Shown: positions 9,001-17,817 of the stretch, piece after piece
Layout of the letters: every line of letters starts with the position of its first letter
How positions within the stretch are numbered: the stretch's first letter is position 1
DNA from: Amoebophrya sp. A120
Taxonomy: Eukaryota; Protista; Dinoflagellata
Assembly (NCBI GenBank): GCA_905178155.1
Contig: CAJINV010000004.1
Location: 11,348,220-11,366,036, forward strand
Direction of reading: 5' to 3'
DNA length: 17,817 nt
The notes under the pieces: generated by a model
Database searches by the model: none
The model's input: the letters and a program-made list of their open reading frames with translations, nothing else
What the model was told of the DNA's origin: nothing
Made by a program: the position numbers and the translations under genes

Positions 9001-12000
9001 CCTTTCTCCACCACCGCCCCGGCAAACTCCACAGGGGACTTCTCGTGGAGCTGCCCCGCTCTGTCGTTGGAGCCCCGTCTGTCGCGGAGGAGAGGCGACG
9101 TCGCGCTTTGCTCCTCTTCCCGCGAAATCGTTGCAGCTCCCGTGCTGGTCTCGTCGCCTGCTAGGCACAACTTTCGTAGCACGTACAGGCCGATGAGAAG
9201 CAACAGCAAGAGAAGTAGTAGCAACCATAGGAGGCAGCATGGGTCGCACGAAGCTTCTTCCTCCGCCAGGCTTCGGGTGCTGCTAGAAGTATTCTGCCCG
9301 GTTTCGTTGAGATCTATGGAAGCGTCAGGATTGAAATCGTCAAAGTTGAAATAATTTGCAATGCATAAAATGCATGACCCGAGGTACGTGTGTTGCAGAG
9401 CAGGCAAGTGAGGCCGATTGTAAGCCTGTTTGGGGTTACAGCTCGAGCTGCTAAAGTAGCATGAGAAAATCAAGCTTCTTTGCCTAAACAGCATGACAAA
9501 CTGGATTTAGGGACCACCGAAATTTGTCATGCGCTACTAAAACTTGGAAACGGGGTTCCAACTGGCATCCATTTTATGCATGACAAATTATTTCAACTTT
9601 GTCGATTTCAACTCTGACACATCCATAAGATCGAGGGTTTTCTTGAAGACGACTTCGTCTGGCCGCGGCCCGAAACTCGGCGGCGCTTGCGCAATGACGT
9701 CATATCAACTGCAAAAGTGTCTGGGTCTGGAAGAATGCAAAGTTTGTCATGCTTGTCTGGCATGACTAAAGAGTTTGTGATGCGTGTCCAAGAAGAAACG
9801 CTTTTGCTTGTCATGCAAAACGCAGTTTGTCATGCGGAAAGCGCAAAACGAAGCAGCGCAAATACTTCTCATGCTTGGCTGTGCATTACAGAGAATTCAC
9901 TACTCACAACTCAGCATTACAAGTTTCCAGACCCAGACATATTTGCAATTGATACGTCAACCACGTCAGCAATGTCGTCAATTACGTCTCCCATGTCCCC
10001 GTCGTCCCCGCCTTCGCACGCAGTTCGCAGCCTCGCGACGAGGGCGTCAGCCTCGCTTTGCTCCAAAGTGAAGTAGTCGTCGACGAAGGGTTGCAGCAGT
10101 GCCTGCGCCGACAACACGATATGGTCGCAGGTCCGCGTTCTGTTCCCCACCTGGTCTCGCAGGCCGTCCAGGTCCAAAAGCGGCGGCGCGATCAGATCAT
10201 TCACGCCGTCCAGCACGTCGGCGATGCTCGGGCTGCCGCCGGCCTGACACGCAGTCAGCAGCAGGGTGGTCTGCGCCTCCAGATCCGCCTCGGAAAGGGT
10301 CGCATTGGCGACGAACGGCCGCAGAAACCTGCGCAGCAGGGCGACCAGCAGCGCGCAATCGACGTCCCCCGTGGCCACGAGGTCGTGGAGGTCGGCCACG
10401 CTGGTCGCGTTGGCGACGGGCACCAAGACGCACTCCGGATTGTGCCACATTTCGGAAATTTTGTCGTCTTCAATCCGGTCGGCGAGCGGAAACCGGATCC
10501 CCTCGCGGTCGCACGCACCGTCCGCGCTGCCCTGGCCCTTGCGGCAGCAGGCAGGCTCGAGAGGCCATGACGTGCTGCTGCTGTTGGCAGCAGGTGCCGC
10601 GGCCCCGGCGGGACAGGAGTCGCATTTGCCAAGCTGGTCGCAGTTCGCACCGGACGACGCAGAGGAGGCTCCACCTGCCAAACACGAGTGCCCGGGATCG
10701 GTAGCATTGTAAATCCAGTCTGGAAAAGAGACGCAGGAGAAGTAGCTGTCTGGATTCGCTGTGCTGTTCACATAAAGTTCCGTCACACCATACCCGGGCA
10801 CCGAAACCCCATACCCGGGCACCGCATAATCTTTCACGTTCCCGAGCATCTTGCACTCGGCCGGCATACCGGGCCCTTCGTCCATTTGTTCTTCATCTTT
10901 CAAAAATTTGCAGCATCCTCCAATGTAGGAACTGCTCGCATTGTATGCATTGCAAATATGTCTGGGTCCTCTGGAAGACTGCAAGTTTGTCATGCTCGGC
11001 TGGCATGACTCTTTAAATCTGTGACGCATGAGCCTTTTTGCCCCTCAATCTGTGACGCATGAGCAGGAAACGAGCAGCACCTTGTGCGACGTGCAAAAAC
11101 GCAATTTGACGTGCGCAATAAAACGGAGCTATTAGAAACCCTAACACATTCAAAGCAGCTCAAAAACTTTAATGAAATGCTTGGCTGCGTATTGCAGTGC
11201 GCCCACCATTCACTGATTTGTATCACAAGGTTCCAGACCCAGACGTATAATTTGCAGTGGATACGTTGGCCGCGGCTGCAATAGTGGAGTTCACAGTAAC
11301 TTGGCAGCGACCCGGACACAACGCGGAGGTGTAGGCACCGTTGACCTGGCTCATGCCGCAGGTGTCGTAACAGTCGAAGATCCGCGAGTGCATTGGCTGC
11401 AAGTGCAGCTCCTGCAAGAATGACGAGGAGGTACTACTGACGTAATCGCCCGTCTTGCAGTCGGGACAGGTCATCAGCGCCCCAGGCTGCCCAAGGACAG
11501 GCGACACGTTGGGATTGGTGGTCGTCGTGGTGGTTGTCGTGTTCGTTTCGCAACACACGGCGTCGCACACCGTGCGGCCAGGAACGTAGGTCAACACAAA
11601 CGGCCCCGTGGGCGGCACGGCGATGGTGGACGGGTCCACGCAAAAGTTGCCAAGTTTCTCCGGCGGAACCAGGTCCCGCCGCCCTTCCGTTCTCCCGCTG
11701 CAGTCGTGTTCCACCAGCGCACACGTAGGCCAGCAGATCTGAACATCCGTGGTCCCAGAACCTGAGGAAGGAGAAACGCCGAAGATGCCTGCTGGTGCGA
11801 AGCCAGAGCTTGTGTCGCACAAGGCGCAGTTCTCGCCGCCGTCCTGCGTACAGGCTTCGCCAACGGCCGCCTCTCCGTTTTGGCACGTGCAGAAGTTCTG
11901 CACACACTGCTTCGTGACTGCGTCCACATGAAGCCCGTCATGGTCACACGAGGCGCACGTGTGCTCGCCATTTGCAGTGCACGCCCCTCCCGTCGAGGCC

Positions 12001-15000
12001 GTGCCGTTGGTGCAAACGCATGTGTTGTGCTCGCAGGCTTTAGATGTGTCATTCACGCTAACACCCGGGTCATTGCAGGAGGCACAAATCTCTGTATCGT
12101 TTGCAGTGCACTCCGCACCGACCGCGGGCACGCCCCCGCTGCACGAGCAGACGTTTGGCTTGCACAGCTGGCTGTCGGTGTCGAGGTGGAAACCCTCCAA
12201 GGTTTCGCAGGACTTGCATACTTGCTTGTTGTGCTCCACACAACTCGGGTCGCCCGGGTCAACCGCGTCGCCATTCGTGCACTTACACTCGTTCTGGATA
12301 CAGGTGTTGCTCGCGGACGGGCGGTGCCCGGCGTCGCAGCCACTGCAGATGACCGCGCCGTGTGTGGTGCAGTTCGCGCCCGTGGCCGGCGTGCCGCTCG
12401 GGCAGCTGCACTGGTTGGGGGCGCACGACCACGAGGGCGTGCTTTGGTCGAGGTGATACCCCGCCGCAGTGCACGCCGTGCAGTTCTGCGTCGTCCCGTC
12501 TTCATCGCACCCAGCGCCCGTCTTTGGCAGCCCGTGGTCACATTCGCACATGCGCAGCTTGCATTCCGCGGACCCACTGGCGTTGGAGGTCGTGTAGTAG
12601 TCAGCATGACTGCAGTCGGTACACACCTCGGTGTTGTGCGTCGGGCACTCTGGCCCCGAGGCTGGCGTCCCGGTTCCGCAGGTGCAGAGATTGAGCACAC
12701 AGATGCTAGTGCCTGTGGTGGGGACTGCTTCCTCGTGGTAGCCGCTATCACACGACCCGCAGTCTGGCGCACCATCCACGTCGCACCCTGTACCCCTCGT
12801 ACCCGAGCCGAAGTTGCAAGTGCACTGCTTTTCTACGCAAGCACCGTCCTTCAGAACTGCTCCTGGAGTCGCGCAAGAGGTGCAGAATGCACTATCGTGC
12901 GCATCGCAATCGGTCCCGTTCGCGGGGCTGCCAGAGGCGCAGGTGCACTGGTTCAAAACGCAGCTGTCGCCTTCCCGGTGGTATCCAGAGTCGCAGGTGT
13001 CACATAGATTCGCGCTGTTGGCCGTACAGTTCTTGCCTGACCTCGGATCGCCGTTTTCGCAAACACAGATATTTTGCACACACTTCTTGTCTGCGTCCAT
13101 CGTGTAGCCAGCATCCTTGCATGTCTCACAGATGTCGCCGCCATTTTCCGTACAGGTTGCGCCTCGGGCAGATTCACCGTTGAGGCACTTACAGATATTC
13201 TCCAGACAGTTGCCGTGGTCCAGGCGATATCCCTCGTGCTCGCAACTATCGCATGTGTTGGAGCCGCCCACCTTGCAAGCTGGTCCCGTGGCTGCGGTGC
13301 CATGGTTGTATGCAGTGGAAGTATGTCCGGGTCTGGAAAAGTGCACCAGACGGTCGCTAAGCAGCTTTTGCTATTCCTTGGCCCAGAAAGCGGCGCGTCT
13401 GTAGCATCACAGGCTCTGAGAACTAAACTTCCTTATGTAACTACTACCTCATCTCGCAACCAAACCCAAGAGGAAGCACAAGCAGAAGCATTGATTGGAT
13501 TGCTTGCTGCTCATGATGCGAAAATGAAATCAATGTCGTTCTCTCGGCACCTCAAAAGCTTCTTGTTGCATACTTAGACTTATGTAAATACTAGCGTCAG
13601 AGCGTCTCACGTTCCCTGACCCAGACATGAAATTTCCAATGCGTATATCGCAGCCACAAACATTTTGCTTGCAGTGCCCCGTGACGAGATCGAGGGTCAA
13701 CCCGTCGTGGTCGCAACTTGCGCAAATGTGACCATTGTGCCTGCTGCAAGGGATGAGTTGGGCCGGTCCCGCTGGAGTTCCACTCGTGCATGTGCATTTA
13801 TTCTGCTTGCAGTGCCCGTCTTCCAGTCGGAAATTTGCAGGATCGCTACAGCTGGAGCAAATGTTGGCATCGTGCGTCGTGCACTCGGGACCAGTCGCAG
13901 CGGTTCCGTTCGCACACTTGCAAACATTCTGCACGCAGCGGTTGGTGCCATCGCTTTCGTTCACGATGCGATATCCGTCGTTGTTGCACTTGCTGCAAAT
14001 ATTGCCGCCGTCGATGATACACAGTGCGCCGGTTTCAGCGTGTCCGTTTTCGCAGTCGCAGGAATTCTTCTTGCACTCGTTATCCTCAAGTCGGTAGCCA
14101 CCGTCATCGCAACGTGTACAAATTTCCGCATTGTGAGTGGCGCACTCTGCGCCGGTAGCTTCAGCTCCATTTTCGCAGCTGCATACATTTTGCTTGCACA
14201 GCTTGGCAGTGGCGTCCAAGTGGAACCCGTCAGCTGCATTGCAGGACTTGCATACCTGCTTGTTGTGCTGGAAGCAACTCGGGTCGCCGGGGTCAACCGC
14301 ATCTCCATGCGTGCACTTGCACTCGTTCTTGATGCAGGTGTGATTGAAAAGCCGATACCCGGCATCACAGCCACTGCAGATGCTTGCGCCGTCCGAGGTG
14401 CAGTTAGCGCCCGTGGCTTGTGTGCCACCAGGACAGCTGCACTGATTGAGGGCGCAGGAGTAGGCGTTCGTATCGAAGTGATACCCCGCTGCAGTGCACG
14501 CCGTGCAGTTTTGCGTGAGACCGTTTTCGTCGCACCCTGCGCCCGTCTTCGGTACCCCGTGATCGCATTTGCACGTGCGCAACTTGCACTCGTCGCTACC
14601 GTCAGCAGCTTTGCCAGTGTAGTAGTCTTCGTGGCTGCAGTCGGTACACTTTTCCGTATTGTGCTGCGGGCATTCCGGGCCCGAAGCGGGCGTCCCCGTG
14701 CTGCACCGGCACAGGTTCACCGCGCAGACGTGCTTTGTCGCATCATTTGGGTCGACTTCGCGGTGGTACCCCGCGTCACACTGATCACAGTCCGGCGCCC
14801 CATCCACGTCGCACGCCGTGCCCGTCGTACCCGACCCGAAGTTGCAGGCGCACTGCTTTTCCACACACGCGCCGTCTTTCAAAACGGCTCCTGCCGTCGC
14901 GCATGAGGTGCAGAACGGATCGCCATGGATCTCGCAATCGGTTCCGTTCGCGGCGTCGCCAGAGGCGCAGGTGCACTGGTTTAGTGCGCAGCTGTCGACC

Positions 15001-17817
15001 TCGAGGTGGTACCCATTGTCACAGGTGTCGCACAGATTCGTGTTGTTGGCCGTGCAGTGTTCGCCCCACCTGGCGTCGCCGTTGTCGCAAATACAGATAT
15101 TTTGCACACACTTCTTATCTGCGTCCATCGTGTAGCCGGCATTCTCGCAGGTCTGACAGATGTCGCCGCCGTTTGCAGTACAGTTCGCGCCTGTGGCGGA
15201 CTTTCCGTTGAGGCAGGCGCAGACATTTTCCAGGCAGTTGCCGTGCTCCAGGCGATACCCCTCGTGTTCGCAACTGTCGCATGTGTTGGAGCCGTTCACC
15301 CTGCAATCTGGTCCCGTGGCGGCAAAACCATTTTCGTATGCAGTGGGAATATTTCAGGTCTGGAAGAGTGCACCAGATGGTCGCTCGGCAGCTTTTGCGA
15401 TCGCGTGGCCAGAACAAAGCGGCTTGGCATATAAGCCGTAGCATCACAGNACCCCATGGTCGCATTTGCACGTGCGCAACTTGCACTCGTCGCTACCATC
15501 GGCAGCTGTACCCGTGTAGTAGTCTTCGTGGCTGCAGTCGGTACATTTTTCCGTATTGTGCTGCGGGCATTCCGGCCCCGAAGCGGGCGTCCCCGTGCTG
15601 CACCGGCACAGGTTAACCACGCAGACGTGCTTTGCCGCATCATTCGAATCGACTTCGCGGTGGTACCCCGCGTCACACTGATCACAGTCCGGCTCCCCAT
15701 CCACGTCGCACGCCGTGCCCGTCGTACCATCCCCAAAGTTGCAGGCGCACTGCTTTTCCACACAAGCGCCGTCTTTCAAAACGGTTCCTGCCGTCTCGCA
15801 TGAGGTGCAGAACGGATCGCCGTGGATCTCGCAATCGGTTCCGTTCGCGGCGTCGCCAGAGGCGCAGGTGCACTGGTTTAGTGCGCAGCTGTCGACCTCG
15901 AGGTGGTACCCATTGTCACAGGTGTCGCACAGATTCGCGTTGTTGGCCGTGCAATGTTCGCCCCACCTGGCGTCGCCGTTGTCGCAAAAACAGATATTTT
16001 GCACACACTTCTTATCTGCGTCCATCGTGTAGCCGGAATTCTCGCAGGTCTGACAGATGTCGCCGCCGTTTGAAGTACAGTACGAGCCTGTGGCGGACTT
16101 TCCGTTGAGGCAGGAGCAGACATTTTCCAGGCAGTTGCCGTGCTCCAGACGATACCCCACATGTTCGCAACTGTCGCATGTGTTGGAGCCGTTCACCCTG
16201 CAATCTGGTCCCGTGGCGGCAAAACCATTTTCGTATGCAGTGGGAATATTTCAGGTCTGGAAGAGTGCACCAGATGGTCGCTCGGCAGCTTTTGCGATCG
16301 CGTGGCCAGAACAAAGCGGCTTGGCATATAAGCCGTAGCATCACAGCCTCACTAGACTCGCTTATGTCAATACCCCTCGGAAACAAACAACCTAGCAAGT
16401 CGCGCTTGCTGCTCATGCAAATGCCGTATTTTTTTCGCTTCCTTTAAGAGCCACTTGCTGCATACTTCTTACGTAAATTCGAGCGTAACAGCTTCTTACC
16501 ATCCCTGACCCACACATGAAGATATTTGAAATACGTATATCGCAGCGACAAACATTTTGTATGCAGTGACCCGTGCGGAAATCGAGGGTCAACCCGTCGT
16601 GGTCGCAACTCGCGCAAATGTGGCCATTGTGCCTGCTGCAAGGGATGAGTTGGGTCGGCCCCGCTGGAGTTCCACTGGTGCATGTGCAATTGTTCTGCTT
16701 GCAATGCCCGCCCTCCAGACGAAAATTTGCGGGGTCGTCGCACCTGGTGCAAATGTTGGCATCGTGTGTCGTGCACTCCTATTGTGAGCAATTATTCCCC
16801 CTCCCCATATTGAAAAGGCAGGCTTCTGTTCCTGATTTGTGAAAATATCGCTTCGCACGTAAAGAAATGCCTATGCAGAAAGCCGTCGCTCCTCATCGCA
16901 TTCGGCACCAGGCGCTCTCTGTTACTGTTTGAGCTACAGAAGCAACTGGCCTTGGTTGTAGGCTTTTGCTTTGTAAGCAAATCATGCTACATGTCATAAC
17001 TCTGACTTTGGTTATGGGGAGGGGGCAACATCATTTTTCATTTTGATAACTCCGGACCAGTTGCTGGATCTCCGTCGTCGCACTTGCAAATATTCTGCGC
17101 GCAGCTGTTTGCGCCACTCAGCGGATGGGGCACGATACGATATCCATCGTAGTCGCACTTGCTGCAAATATTGCCCCCGTCGATGATACAAAGTGCGCCG
17201 GTTTCAGCCTCTCCGTTTTCGCAGTTGCAGACATTCTTCATGCACTTCTTGTCTTCAAGTCGGTAACCATCGTCGATGCAACGTGTGCAAATTTGTGTGT
17301 TGTGAGTGGTGCAAGCGGCACCGGTAGCAGCAACCCCACCGTCGCAGTAGCAAACATTCTGCTTGCACAGCTGGACGCTGGCATCCAAGTGGAACCCGTC
17401 AGCTGCATTACAGGATTTGCATACCTGCTTGTTGTGCTCAAGGCAACTGGGGTCGCCGGGGTCGACCGCCTGTCCATTGGTGCACTTGCATTGGTTCTTG
17501 ATGCAGGTGTGATTGAACAATCGATACCCGGAATCACAGCAAATACAAATGGTAGCGCCGTCCGAGGTGCAGTTCGCACCCGTGGCTTGAGTGCCACCAG
17601 GACAGCTGCACTGATTGAGGGCACAGGAGTAGGAGATCGAATCGAAGTGATACCCTGCTGCAGTGCAAGCAATACAGTTTTGCGTGAGACCGTTTTCGTC
17701 GCAACCCTTGCCCGTCTACGGCACCCCATGGTCGCATTTGCACGTGCGCAACTTGCACTCGTCGCTACCATCGGCAGCTGTACCCGTGTAGTAGTCTTCG
17801 TGGCTGCAGTCGGTACA
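6020..17817 (-). CDS. Giant Cys-rich type-I transmembrane surface protein (VSP/furin-like CxxC repeats, TM helix, SAM-like cytoplasmic repeats); 5'-partial, 3' end uncertain
   Basis: Exons, with the right-hand TSD kept in the exon: 17817-17049, 16774-16538, 16228-15451, [N gap], 15331-13646, 13303-11264, 10938-9955, 9697-9628, 9309-8702, 8365-8245, 6977-6933, 6665-6536, 6169-6020 (GT donor) or read-through to the stop at 5534. Junctions read GPE|CTTHD, CRCD|NGFAATG, CGCD|NGTAATG, AAAN|ASSSYIGG, VVD|VIAQAPP, KTLD|LNETGQ, QDD|LVEAKM, QGP|AINHDQ, HVS|LEDLQN, DQHQ|YGEQR. One in-frame TAG at 17716-17718 is probably an assembly error. Confidence 0.85.
6175..6535. mobile_element. Degenerate introner/MITE intron
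   Basis: Flanks GTGGT (6170-6174) / CTGGT (6536-6540). Decayed TIR (TGCAAAGA..GATCTGGGT). Shares AAATCTGAAGCA and TCATGCAGGATAGGCAT with element 6671-6932. Removal restores the frame. Confidence 0.7.
6671..6932. mobile_element. Introner/MITE intron, 262 bp, perfect 36-bp TIR
   Basis: TIR TATCAAATGTAAAAATGTCTGGGTCTGGAAGAATGC at 6671-6706 and inverted at 6897-6932. TSD AGTGA at 6666-6670 and 6933-6937. Confidence 0.95.
6983..8244. mobile_element. Introner/MITE intron of a second TIR family, carrying a nested element
   Basis: 32-bp TIR TATCCTGAGTAAAAAC(G/A)TACCCACACCAGAGT at 6983-7014 / 8213-8244 (1 mismatch). TSD GCCGG at 6978-6982 / 8245-8249. Length is 279 bp once the nested insert and one TSD are removed. 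Confidence 0.93.
7122..8099. mobile_element. Nested non-autonomous TIR element, 978 bp
   Basis: ~60-bp imperfect TIR TATGG(G/C)GTCGTCAA..TTGTA.TTGCCTCA...GCGCGC. TSD CAGAT at 7117-7121 / 8100-8104. No recognisable transposase ORF. Confidence 0.9.
8371..8701. mobile_element. Degenerate introner/MITE intron, 331 bp
   Basis: Ends TATCAAATGCAA ... TTGCATTTGGTA. Flanks GGTCA / GATCA. Removal joins ORF 8646..9494 to ORF 8172..8363 in frame. Confidence 0.85.
8702..9309 (-). CDS. Exon: transmembrane helix and first SAM-like domain
   Basis: CCLLWLLLLLLLLLLIGLYVLRK (~9177-9239), then FLSAGLSGEYARRLADQVEDEKVDDEALLL...MGL. Confidence 0.82.
9315..9627. mobile_element. Introner/MITE intron of a third TIR family, 313 bp
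   Basis: 62-bp TIR (54/62 matches) starting TATGGA at 9315-9376 / 9566-9627. TSD AGATC at 9310-9314 / 9628-9632. Confidence 0.93.
9703..9954. mobile_element. Introner/MITE intron, 252 bp
   Basis: 30-bp TIR (27/30) containing TGTCTGGGTCTGGAA. TSD CGTCA at 9698-9702 / 9955-9959. Confidence 0.94.
9955..10938 (-). CDS. Exon: membrane-proximal Cys-containing and helical ectodomain
   Basis: Frame of ORF 9917..11029. In frame with both neighbours after element removal. Confidence 0.8.
10944..11263. mobile_element. Introner/MITE intron, 320 bp
   Basis: Ends TATGCATTGCAAATATGTCTGGGTCCTCTGGAA ... TTCCAGACCCAGACGTATAATTTGCAGTGGATA. Flanks CATTG / CGTTG. Interior colinear with 9703-9954 (ATGCTTGGCTG). 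Confidence 0.9.
11264..13303 (-). CDS. Exon: Cys-rich repeats, poly-Thr linker and a further Cys domain
   Basis: Frame of ORF 11223..13346, trimmed at the element boundaries. Confidence 0.88.
13309..13645. mobile_element. Introner/MITE intron, 337 bp (TSD decayed)
   Basis: Ends TATGCAGTGGAAGTATGTCCGGGTCTGGAA ... GACCCAGACATGAAATTTCCAATGCGTA. Flanks GGTTG / TATCG. Same position in the repeat unit as 16234-16537. Confidence 0.85.
13646..15331 (-). CDS. Exon: Cys-rich repeat ectodomain
   Basis: Frame of ORF 13530..15299. Repeated ~40-45-aa modules C-x-C-x-NG-x-A-x-G-x-x-C...C-x-x-C-x-x-GY-x-L...C-x-x-N. Confidence 0.88.
15337..15449. mobile_element. Left part of an introner intron, cut by the assembly gap
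   Basis: Identical to 16234-16346 and followed by N at 15450. Confidence 0.8.
15450..15450. other. Assembly gap (N) at a collapsed tandem repeat
   Basis: Single N. 15451-15545 is identical to 17723-17817 (95 bp), and 14554-15449 is nearly duplicated at 15451-16346. Confidence 0.9.
15451..16228 (-). CDS. Exon (partial): Cys-rich repeat unit, near-duplicate of 14554-15331
   Basis: Frame of ORF 15444..16196, offset 897 bp from its paralog. Ends at the N gap. Confidence 0.75.
16234..16537. mobile_element. Introner/MITE intron, 304 bp
   Basis: Ends TATGCAGTGGGAATATTTCAGGTCTGGAA ... GAAATACGTA. Flanks TTTCG / TATCG. Removal gives CRCD|NGFAATG. Confidence 0.85.
16538..16774 (-). CDS. Exon: Cys-rich repeat (not called in the ORF track)
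   Basis: Translates to CTTHDANICTRCDDPANFRLEGGHCKQNNCTCTSGTPAGPTQLIPCSRHNGHICASCDHDGLTLDFRTGHCIQNVCRCD. Paralog of 13646-13882. Confidence 0.85.
16780..17048. mobile_element. Introner/MITE intron, 269 bp, with an empty paralogous site
   Basis: TAT...ATA ends. TSD ACTCC at 16775-16779 / 17049-17053. Subterminal 13-bp perfect inverted repeat CCCCCTCCCCATA at 16797-16809 / 17013-17025. The paralog near 13880-13894 reads GTGC-ACTCG-GGACCAG with no insert. Confidence 0.92.
17049..17817 (-). CDS. Exon (5'-partial): Cys-rich repeats
   Basis: Frame of ORF 17038..17520 extends to the window end, apart from TAG at 17716-17718 (AAG in the paralogs). Confidence 0.75.

Noticed and set aside
8437-16447. 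Numerous plus-strand and alternative-frame ORFs over the large gene
   Set aside because: They are shadow frames of GC-rich, repetitive coding exons, with no independent protein features.
17716-17718. Stop-codon reassignment
   Set aside because: It is a single TAG aligned to AAG (Lys) in the paralogs, within the A-biased stretch. There are no other in-frame stops in over 6 kb of exon.
15954-17720. Diversity-generating retroelement TR/VR pair
   Set aside because: The adenines are on the non-coding strand and are the derived state. The nearby RT is YR-retrotransposon-like and broken, not DGR-type.

Overview
Eukaryotic genomic DNA. The intron style suggests an Amoebophrya/Syndiniales-like alveolate, which is an inference. 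Right two-thirds (~6020-17817, minus strand): one very large, 5'-incomplete gene for a type-I membrane protein with tandem Cys-rich (CxC/CxxC) ectodomain modules, a single TM helix and SAM-like cytoplasmic repeats. It is interrupted by 11 non-GT-AG insertions; one is cut by an assembly gap. These are MITE-like elements with TAT...RTA termini, terminal inverted repeats and 5-bp target-site duplications (TSDs). Removing each complete element plus one TSD restores the reading frame at all 10 testable junctions. One element contains a nested second element, and one has an empty site in a paralogous repeat unit. Left third (1-6065): four direct copies of a 49-59-bp sequence, 1.64-1.99 kb apart. The rightmost copy lies in the gene's last visible exon. 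The spacers are unrelated pieces: a DIRS/YR-type RT cut at its YxDD motif, a palindromic foldback satellite, and an HMG-box-like ORF fragment. The right end (after the N at 15450) looks like a collapsed tandem repeat with assembly artefacts.
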